A stretch of DNA of 64,000 nucleotides, taken from a virus (taxonomy: Duplodnaviria > Caudoviricetes). Location: IMG/VR virus record IMGVR_UViG_3300030098_005649; one strand, written 5' to 3'. Position numbers and translations under genes: made by a program. Position 1 is the stretch's first letter. The number at the start of each line of letters is the position of its first letter. Below the pieces are notes generated by a model that was not told where the DNA came from, made no database searches, and saw only the letters and a list, made by a program, of their open reading frames with translations. Shown here in pieces: positions 1 to 8,100 of the stretch.

Positions 1-2
1 AT

Positions 3-263
3 GTTGTAGAGACAGACGAAATACAATTACGAAGAAGTTATCCAAGTGTCAAAGAATTTTTGATGACCGTATTACACGAAATACATCACGCACTAATGGC
101 ACAAAGACACGGAAAAAGAAAGTTTTTAAAAATGTACAACCAAGCTGGTACTATGGCAGCTTATAGAGGATTGAACCCACACGATGATAACAAGTGGGAA
201 GAGAAGGCTGAGTCATTTGCACGAAATGAGTTAAAGAAATATCAGTCTTTTCTAAAAAAGTAG
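3..263 (+). CDS. Zincin-like metallopeptidase domain protein, 5' partial
   Basis: Frame is open from the window edge (VVETDEIQLRRSYPSVKEFLMTVLHEIHHA); HExxH motif plus downstream NKWEEKAESFA with a likely third Glu ligand. Confidence 0.55.
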   Translation, partial: VVETDEIQLRRSYPSVKEFLMTVLHEIHHALMAQRHGKRKFLKMYNQAGTMAAYRGLNPHDDNKWEEKAESFARNELKKYQSFLKK

Positions 264-375
264 ACTACTTATATATATACAAATATTTGTTACTTTGAAA
301 GAAATGGTTATGTTCTGAACAATATAACTACGCTCTGATTGAAAATTGCCAATTAACTGTTTAAGCTTAATGCAT

Positions 376-410
376 TTAGCAACTTAGCAGTTTAGCACTT
401 AGCAACTTAA
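376..410. repeat. Four tandem TTAGCA iteron-like repeats flanked by palindromes
   Basis: TTAGCA at 376, 384, 392, 399 (spacing 8,8,7); perfect palindromes TTAAGCTTAA 361-370 and TTAAGATCTTAA 407-418. Confidence 0.8.
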
Positions 411-448
411 GATCTTAAATCAAAGTAACAAATCAATATCGAGGATAA

Positions 449-793
449 ATGAGTACACCAAGAAGTCGAAAATCTAAAGGACGAAGATTACAAAACAAAG
501 TAAGAGATACTCTGTATGAAAATTTCAAGAGTAGAGGTTTAGAACAAGATGACATCCGTTCTGCAATAATGGGTGAATCGGGTGAAGATATAAAATTATC
601 ACCTGCAGCTCGTAAAGAAATCCCTTATTCCTTTGAATGTAAAAATCAAGAATCTATAAATATATGGAAATCATTAGAACAGGCTAAAGAAAATTCTAAT
701 GGTTACACTCCTTGCTTGATATTTAAAAGAAATAGAAGTAAAATATACGCAGTTTTAGAATTAGAGGATTTTGTAAATCTTATAAAAAAATAA
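449..793 (+). CDS. PD-(D/E)xK nuclease, putative Holliday junction resolvase
   Basis: SKGRRLQN...GESGEDI...FECKNQE...LIFKRNRS pattern; GAGGA SD upstream; directly upstream of primase. Confidence 0.7.
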   Translation: MSTPRSRKSKGRRLQNKVRDTLYENFKSRGLEQDDIRSAIMGESGEDIKLSPAARKEIPYSFECKNQESINIWKSLEQAKENSNGYTPCLIFKRNRSKIYAVLELEDFVNLIKK

Positions 794-1720
794 ATGAATC
801 AGTTATTATTATCGTTCCTAAATAAAGTGATAGGTAATAATGGTAGACCACTAAAGAAACAAAATGAATATATGTTTTGGTCACCATTTGTATCACATCA
901 TAAACCTAAATTACAAATAAACATAGTTACTCAGAAGTGGCATTGTTGGGTTAGTAATGAGGGTGGTCGTAACTTTTATCAATTACTAAAAAAGTTAAAT
1001 TCATCAAGAGGTTATTATAAAGAGTTATCCGAAATACTCGATGATGATTTTTATACCTATTCAGACGAAAAACCACAAACCGAAGAAGTACTAACTTTAC
1101 CAAAAGAATATAAAACCATTTGGCCTAACTTTATTGATAACATTTTAGGTAATAAGATTTACCGATATCTACAAAGTAGGGGAGTTGAGGCTGAAGAAGT
1201 ACTGAGATATAGAATTGGATTTTGTCAAGGTGGATTGTATGATAATCGTATAATAATTCCAAGTTATGATTCAGATGGTAAACTAAATTATTTTGTAGGT
1301 AGAGACATTGATAATTCTAAACTAAAATATAAAAATCCACCTGTATCCAAAGATGTGATTGGATTTGAATTATTTATAAATTGGGATTTACCAATTGTAT
1401 TATGTGAGGGTGTATTTGATGCAATTGCAATCAAGAGGAATGCAATACCTTTATTTGGTAAAACTATACCAAGAAAATTACTAAAGAAAATAATAGAAAA
1501 TGGTGTTAGTAAAATAACAATAGTATTAGATAGTGATGCAACTATAGATTTGGTAAAACTAACACAGAAACTAAAATCCTATGGAGTGGAATGTAATATA
1601 GTACCATTGAAAAATGGTGACCCAAGTGAAATTGGTTTTGAAAAAATTACAAGGAAAATAATGAACTCATCTTCTCTAAAGTTTATAGATGAAGTAAAAT
1701 TCAAAATGGATTCAATATGA
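794..1720 (+). CDS. DNA primase (DnaG/T4 gp61-like)
   Basis: Toprim motifs LCEGVFDAIAI and VLDSDA; RIIIPSY...YFVGR catalytic core; N-terminal HHKPKL...WHCW Zn-ribbon-like region. Confidence 0.9.
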   Translation: MNQLLLSFLNKVIGNNGRPLKKQNEYMFWSPFVSHHKPKLQINIVTQKWHCWVSNEGGRNFYQLLKKLNSSRGYYKELSEILDDDFYTYSDEKPQTEEVLTLPKEYKTIWPNFIDNILGNKIYRYLQSRGVEAEEVLRYRIGFCQGGLYDNRIIIPSYDSDGKLNYFVGRDIDNSKLKYKNPPVSKDVIGFELFINWDLPIVLCEGVFDAIAIKRNAIPLFGKTIPRKLLKKIIENGVSKITIVLDSDATIDLVKLTQKLKSYGVECNIVPLKNGDPSEIGFEKITRKIMNSSSLKFIDEVKFKMDSI

Positions 1721-4700
1721 TAAATAAAAAAGTAAAAGTACCTTTTCGTAAACTAAAACATATACATCATATTTCAGATATACAAATTAGAAATCTGAAA
1801 AGACATAAAGAGTATAATGAAGTATTTGAAAGGACATATGAAGAAATAAGAAAAAATAAAGACAATTCAGTTGTTTATATTGGTGGTGATATAGCTCACT
1901 CAAAAACCGATATGAGTCCTGAGTTGATACAAATGTTATCGGACTTATTTGTAAATCTGGCAGACATATGTCCTACAATTTTGATTGCAGGTAATCACGA
2001 TTGTAATCTAAATAATCGTTCTCGATTGGATGTACTTTCCCCAATAGTAAATAATTTACAACATCCTAATTTACATTATTTCAAAAATACTGGTGTGTAT
2101 AAAGTTGCTGATGTATCTTTTGTGGTATGGGATTGTTGGGATGATGAAAAAGATTTTATACTTGCTAAAGATGTAGAGGGTGATACTAAAGTAGTACTAT
2201 TTCACGGAACTGTAGATAGTTCAAAAACCGATTTGGGTTATCACTTACCATCCGATGTGAAAATATCTAAATTCAAAGGATATGATTTAGGATTACTTGG
2301 TGATATACATAAACGACAATTTCTAAATCGAAAGAAAACAATTGGTTATTGTGGTTCATTGGTACAACAGAATCACGGAGAGGGATTGAGTCACGGATAT
2401 TTACTATGGGATGTACCAAAGAGAAAATCCAAATACATAGAAATACCAAATGACTATGGTTATTATACATTGGATATTGAGAATGGTAATGTTCCAAAGG
2501 TAGATGATATGCCAAAGAAAGCAAGATTGAGATTGAGAGTGTCTGATACCACTCCATCTGATTTGAAAAAGGCACTCACATACATACATTCCGAATATGG
2601 TGTACACGAAATCACGATAAACAAAGTTGGTGGTATAACTACTGAAAAGGTAAGAGGTCAAACTATCGAGGTTGGTGATATTGGTGATACTGATTATCAG
2701 TTCTCATTGATTTCAGAGTATCTTGAACAGAACTATGCTATGGACGAAGAAACCTTGTTGAGAGTAAAGAAGATAAATGAGGAAATAAACTCACAAATAC
2801 CAGAAGAACAATATCAAAGAAATGTAAATTATAAATTGAAGACATTTGAATTTGATAATATGTTTAGTTATGGAGAAGGTAACAAAGTTGATTTTACAAA
2901 ACTAAATGGTATTGTGGGATTGTTTGCAAGTAATGCAAGTGGTAAGTCTTCATTATTAGATGCTTTATCTTTCTGTTTATTTGATACATCATCAAAAGCA
3001 TTCAAAGCGGATTCGGTATTGAATACAAGAAAAGATACATTTCATTGTAAGGTAAATTTTGAGATTGATGGTCAAGATTATTTTATTGAGAGAACAGCTA
3101 AAACTGGATACAAAGGGCATGTCAAGGTAGATGTAAACTTTTGGACTATCGATGATTCAGATGAAATAGTTAGTTTGAATGGAGACCAAAGAAGAACAAC
3201 AAATGTAAATATTAGAAAAGTTATTGGTACATATGAAGACTTTGTATTGACTGCAATGTCATTACAAAATAACTTTACTGTTTTTATTGATAAGACTCAA
3301 AAAGAAAGAAAAGACTTATTGGCTCAATTTATGGGTATTAGTATTTTTGATAAATTGTATGTCAAGGCTTCTGAGGAATCTCAAGATGTAAGAGTATTGT
3401 TGAAAAACTTTAAACAGACAGATTATGAAATAGAACTAAATAGAATAAAAGACGATTATAAAATATTCAACAAAACTTTGAAAGAGTTAAAATCTGAAAG
3501 AGAAGAACTGAAAGTATCTAAAGATAAAATAGATACTAAGATAAAAACATTGATGAAAGATATACAGAAAGTAGATACTAATGCTGTGGATATAGATTCA
3601 TTGAAAGAAGAAAAACAGAAGTTGGTTGAGTATGTAGACACATCAATCGATACTGTTACTGAATTTCAAGGTTCATTATCATTACTTTCATCAACAGAAA
3701 AACAATTACAGACTCAAATTCTCATATATAATAAAGAGAAGACTAATGAGAATTATGCAAAACTAATAAAACTTGAAGAAGATAAGTCAGGTCTAAAAGT
3801 AGAGATTGATAAACTAAAAATTGAAGTTAGAAATAAACTTGATAAATTAGAAAAATTGGGTGACTTGGAATATGATTCCGAATGTTCTTATTGTATGAGT
3901 AATCCATTTACCTTAGATGCAATTGAAACAAAAGATAAACTACAATCAGACAGAGAAAGAGCTGGTGAATTGGTAAAGTCAATTGATAGTGTAGATGACC
4001 AACTTGTAAAGTCTTCTATTTTTAGAAATAAGAAAGACGAATTAGAATCTAAGATAATAGAACTTGAGGGTGTACGAAATGAAATTGAAAAATCAAGAAA
4101 CTCTTCCGAATTGTTAGAAGAAAGAATTGAGAATTCAAAGGAAAGAATTAGTTCTGTTGAATCAAAGATAAGTCAATACTATATACAAAAAGAAACAATA
4201 GAATCTAATAAAAAGATTGAAGACCAAGTAGACCAATATACTACTGAGTTGGATAATCAAGTATATCAACTTGATATGTTAGACCAAAAGATTACAGACT
4301 TGAGTGGACAAATACAAGTTCTAAAATCTCGTAAGAAAGAAATACTCAACAATATAAAGAAAGTAGAAGAACTTGAAGACAAGTATCAGGCATACGAATA
4401 CTATCTTGATTCTGTGAAAAGAGATGGTGTACCATATGAGTTGATTTCAAAATCACTACCAACTATCGAGGGTGCTGTAAATGAGATATTAGCACAGATA
4501 GTTGATTTCTCAATTATATTTGAGATGGATGGTAAGAATATAAATAACTATATCGTATATGATGATGATAGAGTATGGCCATTAGAGTTGTCGAGTGGTA
4601 TGGAAAAGTTTTTGAGTTCATTGTCAATGAGAGTTGGACTAATGAGTGTTTCTAATCTACCTATGTGTAACTTTTTGGCAATCGATGAGGGTTGGGGAAC

Positions 4701-4863
4701 TATGGATTCAGATAATCTAAACTCAGTTTATAATCTGTTTCAATATCTCAAAACTCAGTTTCAGTTTACTTTGATAGTATCCCACATAGATACGATGAGA
4801 GATGCAGTTGATACTTTATTGGAAATCAAAAAAGAAGAAGGATTTAGTTCCGTAAAAAATTAA
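1717..4863 (+). CDS. Fused Mre11/SbcD nuclease - Rad50/SbcC ATPase (T4 gp47-gp46-like)
   Basis: Phosphoesterase motifs HISDIQ, GGDIAH, GNHD, FHG, GDIH; Walker A NASGKSS; coiled coil with CSYC hook; signature LSSGME; Walker B LAIDEG. Confidence 0.92.
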   Translation: MINKKVKVPFRKLKHIHHISDIQIRNLKRHKEYNEVFERTYEEIRKNKDNSVVYIGGDIAHSKTDMSPELIQMLSDLFVNLADICPTILIAGNHDCNLNNRSRLDVLSPIVNNLQHPNLHYFKNTGVYKVADVSFVVWDCWDDEKDFILAKDVEGDTKVVLFHGTVDSSKTDLGYHLPSDVKISKFKGYDLGLLGDIHKRQFLNRKKTIGYCGSLVQQNHGEGLSHGYLLWDVPKRKSKYIEIPNDYGYYTLDIENGNVPKVDDMPKKARLRLRVSDTTPSDLKKALTYIHSEYGVHEITINKVGGITTEKVRGQTIEVGDIGDTDYQFSLISEYLEQNYAMDEETLLRVKKINEEINSQIPEEQYQRNVNYKLKTFEFDNMFSYGEGNKVDFTKLNGIVGLFASNASGKSSLLDALSFCLFDTSSKAFKADSVLNTRKDTFHCKVNFEIDGQDYFIERTAKTGYKGHVKVDVNFWTIDDSDEIVSLNGDQRRTTNVNIRKVIGTYEDFVLTAMSLQNNFTVFIDKTQKERKDLLAQFMGISIFDKLYVKASEESQDVRVLLKNFKQTDYEIELNRIKDDYKIFNKTLKELKSEREELKVSKDKIDTKIKTLMKDIQKVDTNAVDIDSLKEEKQKLVEYVDTSIDTVTEFQGSLSLLSSTEKQLQTQILIYNKEKTNENYAKLIKLEEDKSGLKVEIDKLKIEVRNKLDKLEKLGDLEYDSECSYCMSNPFTLDAIETKDKLQSDRERAGELVKSIDSVDDQLVKSSIFRNKKDELESKIIELEGVRNEIEKSRNSSELLEERIENSKERISSVESKISQYYIQKETIESNKKIEDQVDQYTTELDNQVYQLDMLDQKITDLSGQIQVLKSRKKEILNNIKKVEELEDKYQAYEYYLDSVKRDGVPYELISKSLPTIEGAVNEILAQIVDFSIIFEMDGKNINNYIVYDDDRVWPLELSSGMEKFLSSLSMRVGLMSVSNLPMCNFLAIDEGWGTMDSDNLNSVYNLFQYLKTQFQFTLIVSHIDTMRDAVDTLLEIKKEEGFSSVKN

Positions 4864-5055
4864 CTACAATCTTTGCGGATTTTTCCCAGAATCCGTTTGT
4901 GAAGTAAAAGTCTTCAATGTAACATCGTGCTGTTTCTTGTGTTCGTATAACAAACCAGTAATTACAGACGACATATTTGTATAATTGTCTTTTGACCAGT
5001 CTCTTAACCAAGAAACAAGGTCAGGAGGTAGTGTAAATGTATATCGGTATTTCAT
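4864..5055 (-). CDS. Ribbon-helix-helix (CopG/Arc-like) DNA-binding protein
   Basis: MKYRYTFTLPPDLVSWLRDWSKDNYTNMSSVITGLLYEH has the alternating beta strand plus two helices pattern; ATG at 5055 preferred over the TTG at 5085. Confidence 0.6.
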   Translation of the reverse strand: MKYRYTFTLPPDLVSWLRDWSKDNYTNMSSVITGLLYEHKKQHDVTLKTFTSQTDSGKNPQRL

Positions 5056-5122
5056 ATGTACTTTCTCTATATGTTGTTCATACAATAAGTATCCATAATT
5101 TAAGTTTTAGATATTTATCAAT

Positions 5123-8100
5123 ATGGGAATTTTACGAAAAACAGTCCGTACTCAAAATTATAATCAAGCAAATGTAGCATATCAAGACACCACATTGACT
5201 TCTGAAGTCTTCAATGTCGGTCAATTACCATCTACATTTCCAATAGGAAAGTCTGCATTTACTATTGCAGGTTCTACTTTACTTCGACCTAAAATAAAAT
5301 TACAAATAGAGTTGTTGGATGGAGATGGTAATGCAATTTATATCGAACCAGTAAAGGCTAATTATAATGAAAATTTTATTTATGTTAGTGTTGAGGTGTA
5401 TGATACGACAAAGAGTGGTGAGGGAACTATCACCATACTTGGTGAATTATCTGAGGCTGGATATACACAACTAACAGGACAATCATTACCAAGTGGATTT
5501 ATTGGTACTTATAATGTAAAGTGGGTACAACCAATCGTAATAGATGTAACTGAAAAAAATACTCAACCAATACGATTTTACAAACAACCAAAGATAGATA
5601 TATTTGAAGACCAAGGCTTTTATACCGAAACAAACGACCCAGCACCAGTAACTCAAAGTGTAAATGTAAAGTCAAATCCACCACAGCATGTGTTGAGTAA
5701 AATTTACACACCAACCGAAATAGAACTAATACGAAAGAACTCAAGAGTCTCTACATTGAGAGAGTTGATTGGTGGTGGTTCTTCACATATTCAACAAGTT
5801 TCTGATGAACCTCTTGTAAACTATCCAATAACAAGAGTTCAAGGTAATGCAGATTTTTCTTCAAGACATATAGGTCAAAATATTCAGATAGGATTATCGA
5901 CAAGTGATATAAAAGAAGACTTGGAATCTTATGAAGAATTAGAGACAAATTATACATCATCAATCGTAAGGGTTGATAATAAAGATACTGCATATCCATT
6001 ATTACCACCATTTGCAGTAGACACGAGAAATGGTAATCGTAGACCAGTTTCTATAAAATTTACAAAAATTGCAAGTGTAATATCACAAGATATAGGGACA
6101 CCAACTGCAGCTGGATATAATGTTGTTAGTTATGTTGATTTGAGATTGAATAGTATTAGAACATTTTCTGGTGAGGTAAATAGAGTAAAAGTTTATATGA
6201 GGTCTGCTGGGAGTACGGCAGACTTTGAACAAATTTATGATTCACCACTTGAATCTGGCGAGTTATTCAACGATGATACAATTGTTGGGGATGCTAAAAG
6301 ATTAGGTTGGTTTTATAGTAAGACTCATCTCAATAATAAATTTTCATTTCAAATAGGTTCAGAGGACGATCCTGAAGATATAAATCCTGGCTCTACAGAT
6401 CCTTATTTTCCTGTTACATCAAGTGTGTATTTGACAGATGCTGTAAACATATCAGGAAGTAATGCAGATACTTTCTCTAATCTAAAATTTCAAAATAGTA
6501 CATTGATGGATTTCAAAGGAGATACTGATTATGTAATATCTGCAAATGTATATGTAAAACAAGGTAAAAAAATAGGTGCACCAGCACATCTCGATGGAGA
6601 AAAAGGTTCTGTATTAGAATTTAGAATAAGTGGTTCTGCATTTCAAGTACAAAGTAATAATGTTTTGAAACATTATGGACAACGAGTTATGCAAATGTCA
6701 AGTGGTCTTGGACAATTTTTTACACCTAACTATCCTGAATCATTACCACCAGGAACTAATCAAGGATATGCATTTGGTGGACTTGGTAAAGTTACTGCAA
6801 CATTCAGACCTAACTCTGATGGTAATGGTAAACTATCAATACTATCAAGAATTGGAAGTCATCACATATCTGATGTGTCAATAAAACCACTAAGGTCTGA
6901 TGGGTTTAGTCCAAATTTTTATAGAACAAGAATACCAGTACCACACTTATTGACACGACCTGATAGTGTAACTTTTTTAGTTGAGTTTTATGATAAGAAT
7001 AATAATATTGCAGATGTAACTATTGTTAGTGAACCAAAAACATTTGAAGGACCTAATCTAACAATTGAGGGAACTGATAATGTATTGAGTGGTTCTATGT
7101 TTCTTGGAGATGCAAGTGGTTCGGGTATTGAACAATCTGGTACAAACTCAGGATTGATTCGTTCTATTGGATATCAAGGATTTGCAAGTGCATCAATGGG
7201 AAGTGGTTCAGGATTCTTATTATATTCTGGTTCTGTTTTACCTGAAAGTGGTGACAATTATGATGGTGTTGGATTAGAATTACACGATGGTGTTAGTGGT
7301 TCTATGAGATTTAGAACAGACTTGGGTGTATTTGAGGTAAACACACCAGCATTTTTCTTAGGTAGTAATTCACAATTTGTTAGTGGTTCAAATGGAAACA
7401 TAGAAATAAGTTCGAGTGACTTTCATTTGACTACGGATGGTGATGTCACTGCATCAAAATTTTTATTAGAAGGTGGTAGAATAACAGGTGATGTTACGAT
7501 TGAGGCAAGTCTTACTGCAAACTCAATTTCTACACCAACAGGTGCAGCAACACCAAGTGCATCTATATCTGCAGATGGACTTGCAAGTTTTGTATCTGCA
7601 TCAATCGGTGGATTTGATGTATCTGCACAAGGACTTACTGTACTTCCATCAGGACCATCACCTGGTGAATATGACCCTGCAATAGACCTCGATACGAGTA
7701 ACAGAAGAATTGCTATAAATCCAAGTAACTCTCAAGGTACATCTTACGGAGATACAGGAATACAATTAGAATTTAATAGTGGAAATCCAAGAGCATTTAT
7801 TGGAAAGAGTAATGCTGGATTTATGAAGTTTGATGATGGAATTCTTGAAATTAGTTCTTCAGCATTTATACTTGGTAAGGTAGGAGATGGTGGTCAGTTC
7901 ATAAGTGGTAGTAATGGTAATGTAGAAATAAGTTCAAGTAACTTTCATTTATCTGCAAGTGGTGATGTTGTGATGGCAGGAGAGATAACTGCACAAAGTG
8001 GTGAAATTGCTGGATATACTATAGGAACAGGAAAACTAACAGTTGGTGATAGTCCTGGTGTAAATATTAGTGGTAGTGGTGTTATAGTTGCTGGAGATAT

